This document shows positions 1 to 13,715 of a stretch of DNA of 64,000 nt, piece by piece. This DNA is from Octopus sinensis (lineage: Eukaryota). The stretch is from NCBI RefSeq assembly GCF_006345805.1, contig NC_043024.1, positions 806,001 to 870,000 of the forward strand. Reading direction: 5' to 3'. The notes under the pieces are model-generated. The model saw nothing but the letters and a program-made list of their open reading frames with translations. It was not told where the DNA came from and made no database searches. Numbering within the stretch: the stretch's first letter is position 1; the number at the start of each line of letters is the position of its first letter. The position numbers and the translations under genes are program-made.

Positions 1-2689
1 TTTAGTTGAAATGATGAAATGAAAAAATATTGTTTGCTACAAGAAAAAAAAATTGTCATTTTAAAACCAACAAATATCATATTTGTGAAAATGACTATAA
101 ATTTTTATGTTAACATTCTTTTTTCAGGTAACACATTCAGGTAACTTATTAGTATTTAATTAAGAACAATACTTTTTTTAAAAAATCATTAATTTTCAGA
201 TGTACTGATATTTCCATTTTAAAAACATAGGCATTACAAGAAAGAAAAGCACTTAACATAGAAATATTTAGCTGACCCTCTTGAGGGACACAGTGTTTTG
301 GTATGTGTAGCCAAAAAGACCAAAGTGTTTTTTGTTTTTTTTTTCTGTTGAGATTGAGGTTGATGGGTGTATGTAGAAAACAAAGGATAAAATGCCTAAA
401 ACTCTTTCATTAGTCTATAAAAACTATATATATTATATAGTTTTTATATTATATTTACTGGAAGAACATCTCTGATTGGTTATTACACTTCAAAACATTT
501 CATTTCAGCTTGAATCATTTGGGCCAGTCAATCGGCTCAGGTGTCCCAAGAGGATTAAAGACAATATATAATGAAGGTAAATAAAAGAGAAGTAGTAGGG
601 GTAGGTAAGTTGGTTCCTGCTGACTCTCATCACCTGGCAAAAACCCTCCTCCTTCGACCCTACTCCCTATTTCAGTCGAGGGGCTTTGTCTTGCGAGTGA
701 CTTAATGGCCTCATTGGTGCCACATAAAAACACATCCATGACACTCTGTAAAGTGGTTGGCATTAGGAAGGTCAGCTAGCCATAGAACCCATGCCAAAGC
801 AGACAGTGGAGCTTGGGGCAATCCTCTGACTTGCCAGTTCCTGCCAAACTGTCCAGCCCATGCCAGAACGGGACAAAGACATTAAAAGATTCCTGTGTTT
901 CAAACAACTGAAATTACCATTCTAAAAAAAAAAAGATGTTTTTCTTCCAAAAATCAATTTTTCCAACAGCCCCTTAAGTCTCCATCATCTTTAAAGCAGT
1001 ACAAGACCAGCTAGTTCCAAGGAGCAGAAGGCATTATGACATTGAAAGAAAACACAGAGAGAAGGCGAAACATGTTAGGGGTCAGAATCTAGAACACATC
1101 TGTGAGTGATTCAATGCAAATCAGTTGAAAGGAGCTTCTCTAGAGTAGTCCAGTGTGTGCATACAGTGCTCCATCATGGGCTTCATTCAGCTTTATCAAG
1201 TGTCAGGAATTATTGTGGGCCAAAATATTTTCTGTTCCTGAAGATAAGTGGCAATGCTAGGGATGCAGTTGTGGCTATTTGTGAATGATGTTCTCTTCTT
1301 GTCAAGAGAGGTTCCCAGAAAAAACTGCACAGGTGAAAAATGTAATTAAATTAGGTTGTTTTTTTTTTGTTTTTAAAGATAATTTCAGTTTTTTTTGAAA
1401 CAGAAGAATATCACAAAATGAAGTGAAATTCCACACCCAAAATAAAAAAAAATAGGGTTAGACCAAAATTCTGAAGTGAAGAGCCAAAATATGGAAAATA
1501 TATATTTTGAACATTGGAATACAAAAACAAAAAAAAATGTTGTTATAAGGAAAAACTATTCCAAAACTCCACTAATGTGTTTTTGCAAAAAAAGAATCTT
1601 TTTTATATTTTATTTTTTCAAGTCAAGAGAGAAGGCTGTACCCATCACCCTCTATAAGACCCTCCCCCCAAGGAAGGTGGGAATGTAGAAGATATGAGTG
1701 ATACAGAATGAGGGGGTGAAAGGAAGATCTGATGAGAAGATTAGGCGAGGACCCCCATTAAGATTCCAAAACCTCATTTTCACCAAGATAGGTGGGTCAT
1801 CTTGAGCACCACATACTGACAGTCATTCCAATTCTTTGCCATCACTTGTATGAGAGTCAAACTCATGAGATCAGCTTCCACCACTTCCTCCTCATCTTCC
1901 TGGGTCTCCTTCTACCACAAGTTTCATTTACATTAACCCTTTTTATATCAACCAGCTTGAAACCACCCCAAGTTTCATGACAAACTTACTGTTTTAAAGA
2001 CGTATCAATTATAATAATCCATTAAAATTTTATGCTAATTAGTTCCAGACCCCAGCTTAATAATGAGAAAGTTATTTTAAAAATTAACTGAAACAAAGCC
2101 AGCATATGTTGACAAAAATCTGATAACATAAGGGTTGACCCTTTAGCATTCAGATTACTCTGCCAAATGCTAAATTTATTTATTCACATTGCCTCGAATT
2201 AATCAAGCATTGTCTTGGAGCTTTGAGAAGTCGATGATGCATCACCATCATCATCGTTTAACGTCCGCTTTCCATGCTAGCATGGGTTGGACGAAAAAAT
2301 GTATGTACATATGCGCAGTGCTAAGCGTCAACCCCTACCTGTTGCCAAGCGAGGTAGTTTTTTCTCTCTCTTTGTCAGAGAGGCACAAGCACCTACACAC
2401 ACATATACACACATGGCAGTAACTTCTGCCTACCAAATTCAATCACAAAGCTTCAGTCGTCCCGGGGCTCTAGCAGAAGACATTTTCCCAAAGTGCCACA
2501 TGGTGGGACTGAACCCGAAACCATGTAGCTAGGAAGCAAGCTCCCTAACCACACAGCCATGCCCACGCCTATTGTTTATTCTTCAGAATGACAATGTAGC
2601 GAATGTACGGGAGGCCAGATTTGGCAAGTTTGAACATAAAACAGAATATCTGGGCCACACATGGCCTGTTCAAATGCTAAGGGGGTTAA

Positions 2690-3250
2690 ACAGGCACTTC
2701 TTTATACAGCTGTCTTCATCCATTACACATTAGATGACTATACAAGCGCAGTCTTCTCTTTTGCAAAACTACACCTGAGGCCTCTTATGCTCAATTTTTC
2801 CCCAACACGTTTTTACTTTGTCTTGCATGCACACTGACATTCATTGCACATTCATCAGAGTTTGCTAGCTTCATATTCTTTCCAGCCTTCGCATGTCCTC
2901 TGCATTCACAGCCCATGTTTCACCAGCATGGAACAATGACGTCTGTACACAAGCATCGTACAATTTGCCCTTGACCCTGAGAGACAGACCACTTGTAACC
3001 AACAAAGGCAACAGCTCTCTGAACTTTTCCCAGTTTATTCTTGTTATTTTAATTACACTTTCATAATAACCTTCATCACTGCTAATTAAGTCACCCAGGA
3101 ACAGAGACTGTCTGCTGCCTCTAGGGATCCTCCTGGGCATTTGAGAAAATCTATTTCTAGTAGGTTCTTAGTTTTATTGCTCTTGCACAACTGCCACTTA
3201 CTAAGTCTACTTACTCTATTCACCTGTTAAGTGATACCACTGCACCTGTG
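2690..3250 (-). mobile_element. Degenerate RTE-type LINE fragment (RT C-terminal region)
   Basis: FLGDLISSD..WEKFRELLPLLV..LSLRVKGKLYDACVQTSLFHAGETWA..LER. Confidence 0.85.
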
Positions 3251-4297
3251 AGTGTGTGCACATGTGCGTGTCAATATATACATGTATACACATACAAGTA
3301 TATGCATATATACACATACACACACACACATGTATGTATATATTTATATGCACATATGTGTGTATATCCACGTGAATGGGAAGGTGATTTAGTTAAGCAA
3401 TTTGTGTCAAGAATGCCACAATCAAGACAGAATTGGAAGTGCATTGTGACCAGCAAGGTATAACAGCATCTGATGGTCTGGTTGATATGGCGATATACAT
3501 ATATACATATATTTATACACTCACACACATATATTTGACTGGAGCCATGCTGGAGCACTGCCTTGAATGTTTTAGTTAAAGTAATCACCCCCAGTACTCA
3601 TTTTGTTTTTAGGGTAAGGGTGTTTATTCTATCGGGGTCTTTTGCCAAACTGCTAAGTTACAAGAACATAAACACACCAACACTGGTTGTCAAGTGGTGG
3701 TGGGACACACACACACACACACAGATATGTATGTATTTGCATGTATATATGCATGGGGACATGGAAATACCTGGGTTGGTGTCCAGGCATGCAGTTGGCC
3801 TTGCTGGGAATGGGAGGTGCCTCTGTTGTGGTCACAACATCTCTCTAGGAGAGGGAAACTCTCAGAGAAAACCTGTAACACTGACAATATTCAGTAATGT
3901 AGACTGGTTCTTCTTTCTGAGTTCATGTTGTCGATGTTCAGGGAGTGGGATTGGATCTGTGCAAATCCTTTCCCCACTATAAAAAAAAAATCATCATGCA
4001 CGGGCATCGCTTGGAAACAAAAGAAAAAAAAAAGACCTATCACAAAGATGGCTGGTTGTAGCCTTCGCATGTGTGGGACGTTCGATCAGGTGATGGCCAT
4101 ACTCAAGCAGCCATCAGGTATGTGTGTGTGTGTGTGTACGAATGTCTGTATAAGAAACAAAAATAGACAGGTAGGAAGGACAAAGATAGCCAGACTAACA
4201 GACAGACTGGTTGATGTATGTATACTAACACAGTTTTACAAGTACTCAACACACAATTACAACAAATATGTAAATTAGCATCCACTGCACTTCAGCA

Positions 4298-4982
4298 TGT
4301 ATAAACTCTCTGACCACTCCCTCAGTATAAACCCTCTGACCACTCCCTCAGTATAAACCATCTGACCACTCCCTCAGTATGAACCCCTGACCACTCCCTC
4401 ACTATAAACCCTCTGACCACTCCCTCAGTATAAACCATTTGACCACTCCCTCAGTATAAACCCTCTGACCACTCCCTCAGTATAAACCCTCTGACCACTC
4501 CCTCAATATAAACCCTCTGACCACTCCCTCAGTATGAACCCCTGACCACTCCCTCAGTATAAACCATTTGACCACTCCCTCAGTATAAACCCTCTGACCA
4601 CTCCCTCAGTATAAACCCTCTGACCACTCCCTCAATATAAACCCTCTGACCACTCCCTCAGTATAAACCATCTGACCACTCCCTCAGTATAAACCCTCTG
4701 ACCACTCCCTCAGTATGAACCAGCTGACCACTCCCTCAGTATAACCCATCTGACCACTCCCTCATTATAAGCCCTCTGACCACTCCCTCAATATAAAACC
4801 ATCTGACCACTCCCTCAGCATAAACCCTCTGACCACTCCCTCAGTATAAACCCTCTGACCACTCCCTCATTATAAACCATCTGACCACTCCCTCAATATA
4901 AGCCCTCTGACCACTCCCTCAATATAAACCCCTCTGACCACTCCCTCAGTATAAACCCATCTGACCACTCCCTTAGTATGAA
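4298..4982. repeat. 26-bp minisatellite, about 26 copies
   Basis: Unit TATAAACCCTCTGACCACTCCCTCAG, head to tail with no spacers. Confidence 0.97.
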
Positions 4983-5689
4983 CTTACTTAAAACTCTAAC
5001 TGACCTCCAAAGTATTCAAATTAAAACTTGACATTCCAAAAATTACTTCCTAAAAAAAGCAAAATCACTTTTCCTCTTCCTCCCACTCACAATTTTCCTA
5101 TTCTTTCTTCTACGTGTCTCATTCCTTTAGTTTCACTTTATATATATATATTTCTTTTCTTTTTTCCCTTGTGTTTTTTCTCTGCTTTTCTCTATTCCAC
5201 TCCCGTTCCATTCATCGTCTTCCTTTTGCCGTAAACATCTTATTTTCCTTCCAATCCTTATTTTCTCCGACATACACAAAGACAGACTTCAAATTAAACC
5301 CACCACATGTGAACACCATTATCACCATCAGTCAATGTTCAATTTTCCATTGTGCGTGTGTGTATGTATAGATATATATACACATGTGAAACTACGCTTG
5401 ACCCTCTGGCCGACAACTGATAAGGAGTTGGCAACCTTCTGCATCTGTGCCTTATTCGTTTATGCATTCATTATGATTTACAACTTATGCCATACGTGTG
5501 CACATGCATGCAAGTGTGGCTGTGTGGTAAGGAAGCCTGCTCCCCAACCACAAGGTTCCAGGTTCAGTCCCGTTGCATGAAACCTTGGCCAAGTGTCTTC
5601 TACTATAGCTTCAGGCTGACCAAAGCCTTGTGAGTAGATTTGGTAGACGGAAACTAAAAGAAGCCCACTGTATGTATGTACATTATATA

Positions 5690-6083
5690 TCTCTCTATAT
5701 ATAAAGCTGTAGTTGTCTGTGTCTGCCAGGTTTGGTAGCCTTCAACTAACACTATCTCCTCCGAGACCCTGCGGCGCAAGTTGACCAAAATTGAGAGTAT
5801 GATAGAAGAAGGCTTGCTCTTCATTCCAGAGAAGAAAAAATTCAAATCGGACCATGTTAACACCAAAAATTATTTACATCAAAAAGATGCTTTTTTTCTA
5901 TGAAAATCCCTATTTTTTACGATTTTTTTGACTGCTGTGTCACCATTTTTCGGTGTATTTCAACCAGAAAAATGTCCACTTAAAGAGAATAACAAGATAC
6001 ATAATGCAAAATTTTTACTTTTCAAAAAATTCGAATTCTAAAGGGTCGAAACAAACTCGAGCAACGCCAGGCGATACTGCTAG
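5690..6083 (+). mobile_element. Non-autonomous Helitron
   Basis: 5' TC..TATATAAA, 3' GC-rich segment then CTAG, inserted at A|T; near-identical copies at 13716 and 49733. Confidence 0.8.
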
Positions 6084-6124
<41 letters not shown>

Positions 6125-6545
6125 TATGGTATATTCTGTTAAGAACGTAGTAGGGTCCAATATAAAGCTTGTCCCCCTTCAGATTGCACCCTCTGCTGTC
6201 CAGTGGTAGTACTATACATACTCCCAGGTTTGCACTTGAGTTTCTGTCCTGTGAGGAAACACAACTAAGATCTCAAAATGCAGGGAAACAGTTGCATAAT
6301 TCAATTTTAATTCACTGAATTAAGAGAATTTCTTTTAATGTCTTCCAATCCTTCTCTCTTTCCATTTCCTTATTCACCACTTCCATTCCTCTTCCTCTCC
6401 CTTTATAACTGTCCCTTTATCATCCTGGCACCAGTTTCTATCCTCGCACTCTCTTTTTCTCTCTCTCCTAACCACTTCTATTCTTCTCAGTCTTTCACTT
6501 TATTCTAAGAACCTTTCCTCATATCCTCATGGCAGAGTTATTTAA

Positions 6546-6766
6546 CCCTTTTGTTACTGTATTTATTTTGAGATGCTCTGTGTTTCTTTCAATTACTTTA
6601 AATATAACAAAGAATTTAGTAGAATAACTTCATTATCATTAAGCTTGCGTTAGAAACATAAATTGTGACTAAGGTTTGGTGGAAGATTTTAATTCAGAAC
6701 TTATGAAAACAAAACATTTGTATTACAGAGCCAGAGCTGGTTTCAGCCGGGTTGGTAACGAAAGGG
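6546..6766. mobile_element. piggyBac-type MITE
   Basis: TTAA flanks; TIRs CCCTTTTGTTAC / GTAACGAAAGGG; inverted copy at 14011. Confidence 0.85.
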
Positions 6767-7225
6767 TTAAAGTCTTACTCCTTTTTCTCTCTCCTTTTTT
6801 TTTTCATCTCTTCTTTGTTTACTGCTTTTATGATTCCAATCTCGTTAAGGTGGTCAGCTGGCAGAATCATTAGCATGCTGGACAAAATGCTTAGCAGTAT
6901 TTCACCTGTCAATTATGTTCAGAGTTCATAATGTCCACTGAGGTCAACTTTGCCTTTCATCTTTTTTGGGGGTTGATAAATTAAGTACCAGTGAAACACT
7001 GGGGATCGATGTAACCGACTAGTCCCCTCACACCAAATTTCAGGCCCTCTGCCTTTAGATGAAAGGACTATTTCAATGTCTTTCTCTTTCTCTATTCTTA
7101 TAATTTTCCCATTACCATTCTAGTATCAGTTTCTTTCATTGCAACTGTCTGTCTTTCTCTCTCTCCCTTTGTCTATTTATCTCTCTCTGTCTGTCTGTCT
7201 ATCTCTCTCTCTCTCTCTCTCTTAA

Positions 7226-7611
7226 TCTTTATATATAAAAGTGAGGTTGTGTGCTGTCTGTCTCTGATTTAGATTCCTAACTACTCCCACATTTTGCGGT
7301 GCAGTTTAACCAAAACCGGGTATCTTATAGTCGTGATTCATATCGAGCCATTCTGGGTATTAGCGCGTGTCTACAATGAGTCTACGATTTAAAAAATAAT
7401 TTACCATCATTTTTTTCCATTTTAATGCATTTTTTCGCTATTATATAAGGGAAGTAACTCTCTAAAAATGTCTATGATGAGTCAACGATTTAAAAAAAAT
7501 TTACCATCATTTTTTTCCCATTTTTAATGCATTTTTTGGCTATAACTCTCTAAAAATGCTTATATAGTTATTTCCCTTACAAACCCGAGCAACGCCGGGC
7601 GATACTGCTAG
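7226..7611 (+). mobile_element. Non-autonomous Helitron (second subfamily)
   Basis: A|TC start; 3' end CCCGAGCAACGCCGGGCGATACTGCTAG|T shared with the 5690 family, different interior. Confidence 0.78.
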
Positions 7612-8893
7612 TTGTTTCTAAGTAAAGTAATATTTCTCATGACCTGAGATATGGTTTCACAGTAAATCGGAAATGAACAACACTGCTTGTATAACAGGGA
7701 TGCCCATTTACAATTATCACAGGAAATCAAGGCAACGAAACGGTATCACACACACACACACAATGATGAACTTCCTTCAGTTTCCGTCTACCAAATCCAC
7801 TCACAAGGCTTTGATTGGCTTGAGGCTATAGTAGAAGACACTTGCCCATGGTGCCACGCAGCAGGACCATGTGGTTGGTAAGCAAACTACTTACCACACA
7901 GCCACTGTTTAATGTCCGTTTTCCATGCTGGCATGGGTTGGACTGAGGTCTGGAGAGCCAGTGGCTACACCAGGCTCCAATCTGATCTGGCAATGTTTCT
8001 ACAGCTGGATGCCCTTCCTAACGCCAACCACTCCGAGAGTGTAGCGGGTGCTTTTTACGTGCCACTGGCATAGGAGCCAGTCAAGCAGGCCTGGCATCGA
8101 TCATGTCTGGATAGTGCTCTTTACATGCCACTGGCCAGTCAGGGTGCACTGGCATTTATTGCCTTTGAAAATTACTTCACTAATTAATCCAAAAAATTAT
8201 AATCTCATTAGTAATGACACACCTCATGTATTTATCTATTTAACAGCAAAAAGCAATTACACTGCAACAATCAGAAACTGAAATAAATCCGTCACGATAA
8301 AGCTAGATGCAATAGAGTTGCACTTTGTTGGTAATATGAAAGTTATAATACAAGGCCAATGAGTAGCACAATCTTTAGGATGAAGGATTAAATACCTTGT
8401 GGTATTTAGGTACAACCATTTATGTCCTGCAATGATATCCCATCAAGATTAACTTTGATTTTATTTCCTTTGGTTTTATCTTTCATTTGCTTCTGTCATT
8501 AGACTGCAGCCTTAGTCAAATATTAAATCCATCCCAGTCCTTTTTTTTTTATTCAGCCTAGTACTCATTCAGTTGGTCTTTTTTGCTGAACCGCTAAGTT
8601 GCAGGGATGTTAACATGCAGAGGCAGGGGACATACACAGTCACACACAAACGGGCTTCTTTCAGTTTCTGTCACCCAAATCTACTCACAAGACTTTGGAC
8701 AGCTCAAGACTATAGTATATAATCACTTGCCCAAGGTGCCACACAGTGGAACTGAACCTGGAACCATGTGGTTGGGAAGCAAGCTTCTTATCACACAACC
8801 ATGCCTACTCCTAGTGAAGTATCAAAGGCAGTTTAACATCAAAATAAGCCCTTTTGCTAAGTTTGTGGCAATGGCATAAATTGATAATAAAAC

Positions 8894-8925
<32 letters not shown>

Positions 8926-8927
<2 letters not shown>

Positions 8928-9137
8928 AGCAAGAAGTTGAGGTTCTAAGAGATAATGGTGTCACTGAGACCCAAAGTTGTCAAATAAGTGCTATAGACAG
9001 ACCATAGTTAAGTTCCAGATTCGGTAATATTGCGAATAAAGGGTTCAACGTTGGTTCTATGTCAGCGTGTGTGTATAAGAATTTTTTGTGTAATAAGATA
9101 AAAAAACAAGGCTGTATAGATATTAGAGCATATATAT

Positions 9138-9169
<32 letters not shown>

Positions 9170-9372
9170 AGCAAGAAGTTGAGGTTCTAAGAGATAATGG
9201 TGTCACTGAGACCCAAAGTTGTCAAATAAGTGCTATAGACAGACCATAGTTAAGTTCCAGATTCGGTAATATTGCGAATAAAGGGTTCAACGTTGGTTCT
9301 ATGTCAGCGTGTGTGTATAAGAATTTTTTGTGTAATAAGATAAAAAAACAAGGCTGTATAGATATTAGAGCA
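8926..9372. repeat. Tandem duplication of a ~205-bp unit separated by (TA)n
   Basis: 8926-9130 and 9168-9372 look identical by eye. Confidence 0.92.
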
Positions 9373-9394
9373 TATATATATATATATATATAAT

Positions 9395-9682
9395 CACGTG
9401 ACCGACCAGACCATCAGATGTTGCTACACATCGCTGGTCACAATGCGTTCGCATTGTTTTAGCCTTCGAACGACGCCACCCCGCTGGCTAAGCGAGCAGG
9501 CCAACAGAAGAAAGAGTGGTGAAAGAGTACAGCAGGGATCACCACCCCCTGCCGGAGCCTCGTGGAGCTTTTTTAGGTGTTTTTGCTCAATAAACACACA
9601 CAACGCCTGGTCTGGGAATCGAAACCACGATCCTCCCACCGCAAGTCCGCTGCCCTAACCACTGGGCCATTGCGCCTCCACA
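9395..9682 (-). mobile_element. tRNA-derived SINE
   Basis: Head TGGCCCAGTGG (A box) ... GGTTTCGATTCCC (B box) followed by a non-tRNA body. Confidence 0.75.
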
Positions 9683-9684
9683 TA

Positions 9685-9717
<33 letters not shown>

Positions 9718-10291
9718 ATATACACAGACAGACTCATATATACTACGATGGTAAAACAGCAGTCATGTCTACAGAAAATGTGGTTTTGTAGTCTTCGACT
9801 GTTTCTGTCCAAGAGTTTTTCAACCTAATATTTAATGCTGTTATTTATAGCTTCCTATTTCTGCTTCAATATCCACCATTCACCCCAAAATTATTTCATG
9901 TTCTCTTGGAAGTTTATAAAATTCTTATAATATCAACAATATATACATACATACACACACACAATTGCAGCGTGGAAGGTGTTTATAAGCCATTTAAAAA
10001 ACACAAAAACCGTTAGATTCACTTCAACATTTAAGTTTAATTTGTGTCAAAGTATTTTAGTCGCTTTGAAACCGCAACCTCTTCACTGACAAAATTAACC
10101 GATCCTCCTGCATTTCCTTTTACCCAAAGCCAGAAACTCTCCAGCATCCGCTCGTGTGTATATGCTTCAGTAAGGGCTGTCATACCGTTTGATTGCAAGC
10201 AGAAACCCCCCCCCACCTGAGATTCTCCTTTTGTTGATGAGCTTCAACATGCCTCTCACATTTAACAATAAAAAAATCACAAGATGTTTGG

Positions 10292-10740
10292 GTTAGTTAG
10301 TTAGTTAGTTAATTTTTTGGCTCAAAAAGCAAAAAGCAAGGCCATGTAGGGGGACATGGAGTTATGTACAGGGTGGTGTTCATGCAAAGAGTTCAGGCCA
10401 CTTGTGGTCAAGGGAGACTTTGAACCAAGCGGTCGTCGGCATCTTCACCATCTCGTCCGGCAGCTTATTCCACGGATCTGCAACCCGGTCGGACAAAGCC
10501 CCTCTCCTTCGATTGAGATGAAATCGTCGCAGATAGAGCTTTTCGGAATGATCCCGCAGCCGACGCTCTGGAGCAGGAGTGAAGAACAGCTCCTTCGAGA
10601 GGTTACACTTTCTGCTTATGATGTTGAGAGCAAGAATGAGATCACCACGGCGTCTGCGTTTTTCTAGAGAATAAAGGTCGAGCGTCTTCAGCCTTTCTTC
10701 AGAAGACAAATTCTTGAGACCAAGAACCAAGGAGACCAAG
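10292..10740 (-). mobile_element. 5'-truncated CR1-type LINE 3' end
   Basis: EERLKTLDLYSLEKRRRRGDLI..RVADPWNKLP..FKVSLD; short tandem (TAAC)n tail. Confidence 0.88.
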
Positions 10741-12312
10741 GATGGGTGGCCATCCTGGGTCTATTACTTGAAGTAGCCTAATGTAAACACTCACGGCTTT
10801 GGCTTAGTTTCTCTTTGACTCTTAACAGCTGTTCTGCTATCATTTGGAACACAGTTAAAAACTTCTTTTGCCTCAATCGCTGCAGTTTCCACAAATTCTT
10901 CATTTTGCATTTTGGTGAGTATACGTGGCATATAGTGTGTCTTCTTTACTGATGCTGATCTTTGGTAGGTGCTTTTCTTGACCACGATGGTCAAGTGAAG
11001 AGCAGGTCTGAGAGCGACTCAGTCGAAGCTTGCGATGAGCAGAGCAGCAGTTTGTCTCTTCTACTCCATACCAGCAGACACCCTTCATGTAGAATCTACA
11101 AAGCGAGACTGATACCCTGGTACTCTGCTGTGCTTGAGAAGACACATCAAGCCAAGTGAAACTGTAGTTTTGGCCATTGCCAATGTCACATAAATGGCAC
11201 ACATGACGGTGACACATTTAAAGCACTCACCACACTCTTGGTTTGGTTGGCATTAGGAAGGGTATCCAGCAGCAGAATCCATTCCAAATCAGACTGGAAC
11301 CCAATGCAGCTCTCTGGCTTACTAGTCCCAGTCAAACCATCCAACCCATGCCAGCAGGGAAAGCGGACATTAAACGATGATGAGGATGTCCAGAGTTTGT
11401 TTACTGTTTACCCATTAACTTTATGTTTTTGGTCCTAGCTTTTTGTGACTTTTGGCTTTATTTCCCATGCTTGGGAAATAAAAAAGACCCGTCCACCGCA
11501 GTCCAATTGACATCCTAAACCACTTTGGCTAATGCTCCCCTCCCAGCTGAAGGGGGATTTTGTCTTTCAAGTTAAATGGTGTCCCTGTCGGTGCTGGTGC
11601 CACATGAAAAGAACCAGAACAATCTGTAAAGTGGTTGGCACTAGGAAAGCCTTCCAGTCATCAAAAACTACGCCAAAACAGACAATGGAGAGCCTGGGTG
11701 CATCACCCTTCACCTTACCAGCTCCCCCTCCAACTCATGCCAGCATGAAAAACAGATGTTAAATGACGATGATGATAGTCTTCGGGCCAATTCCTTTGGT
11801 ATTCAGATTACTTCAGGTCTTCTCATTTTGGGGAGCTTTAGAATCTTTTCGCATCTCTTTGTCTGCTCTTTTACTTGGATCTCCAACATTCATCTGGTTT
11901 TCTTTGCCAGGCACATCACAGAGAGCCTTGGCATTTTAAACCCTTTAGCATTTAAGCCAGCCATATATGACCCAAATATTCTCACAGTAAACCTACAGTG
12001 AAATTCCAAATCTAGGCAATCACATCATTGAAATCTCAAAGCTATGAGATAATGCATGATTAATTGAAAACAATGTGAATTAATAGACATTCCATTTGAC
12101 AGAGTAATCTGACTGATAGAAGGGTTAAACAGGGTGTCCAACATGTCCAAATAAGTTTGATCAACATAAGAATGAATTGGTGCATTTTACTACCGTGTTA
12201 CATGACATGTGACCCGAGCAAACACTATTATTCAAGTCTTGTGTAATTGGGTCAAAGAGTGAGTCACTCTCTGCAGTGACCCACACTGACAGAAATTATT
12301 GTGCATACATAC

Positions 12313-12356
<44 letters not shown>

Positions 12357-13715
12357 GAGCAAAACGCCACCCCCACCCCATCCAGTGGACGGTGCTAAAT
12401 CGTATCTGCTGAATAAAAAGCAATCAGTGTTTTCTTTTCATTAAAAAATAATGAAGCATGCCTTTATTTCAATAAAATTTAAGGCAAAAAAAAAAAAAAC
12501 TTCTTGAGAAACCTTCCTTCATGCCAAGTTTGAAGAAAATCTCTCTTTTGCATCTTACTTTTGGGGTCTCTTAAATATACTGCATTTTGTGGCATCATTT
12601 CAAGCCAGTTGGCTTTTTTTGCGCAAACTGCACGTGCATTTTTCTCGCGTACGTATAATATCGATCACAACAGCTGAAGTACTTGCGTGTACAAATGCAC
12701 GTTCCCATGGCTTTATCGATTGCATTCTCACCTGGAATCGATTTTTGTAATTTTTTCAAGACTTCTATATGCCCTGATACCGTCGGTATCTACATATCAA
12801 ATTTGAGTGCAATCGGATGGAGGATGCCCGAGATCCTAGAAGATACGCACACATACAGACAGAACGGATTTTATATAATAGATATGATACGTCATCTAGA
12901 GGCAAAAGAGATGATTTTAATAAAGATTTTGTTGTATGGCATTTAACATGCTAGCATTTCTCTGTCATTCAAATATATGCCACTGGGGTCACTTCAAGCT
13001 ATTTCTTGCACATCATTTTTGTTTCACCTTTACACATGCATATCCATGCACACCATATATGCACACATGTATATATACACATGGACACAGACATGTATAC
13101 ATACACACACACGTGTAAAAAGCACCCACTACACTCTCGGAGTGGTTGGCGTTAGGAAGGGCATCCAGCTGTAGAAACTCTGCCAGATCAAAATTGGAGC
13201 CAGGTGCAGCCATCTGGTTCGCCAGACCTCAGTCAAATTGTTCAACCCATGCCAGCATGGAAAGCGGACGTTAACGATGATGATGATGATGATGACTATT
13301 TGATTTTCACTTTATCTTTAGTAGTAGTAGTAGTATTAAGGCAGCAAGCTGGCAGAATCATTAGCACACTAGGCAAAATGCTTCACGGCATTTCGTCCAT
13401 CTCCCCATTCCAAGCCTCAAATTCTGCTGCACTTGACTTTGCCTTCCAACCTTTTGATGTACAAGTTGAGCAGTAGGGGGGGGGGGGGGTCGATGTAATC
13501 AACTAACTCCCCTCCCCCAAACTTGCTGGCTTTGTACCAGAATTTGAAATCATCATCATCATTATTATTATTAGTTTATCCGTCAGGGTTCTTTCGTCAC
13601 ACGTTCTGTGACCTTTCCAGTGATTTCTGTCCCGTATGTTCCCTCTTGGTCCTGCCTGTTCCACGAAAGACATTACAGAATGTATGACAAAGTAAACTAA
13701 CAAATTAACTGATAA

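Noticed and set aside
4298-4982. CRISPR-like array
   Set aside because: No unique spacers, eukaryotic context, no cas genes.
13576-13670. Possible hammerhead relic (GTCAC/GTGAC-GAAA, minus strand)
   Set aside because: The 5' core is too degenerate and there is no stem III.
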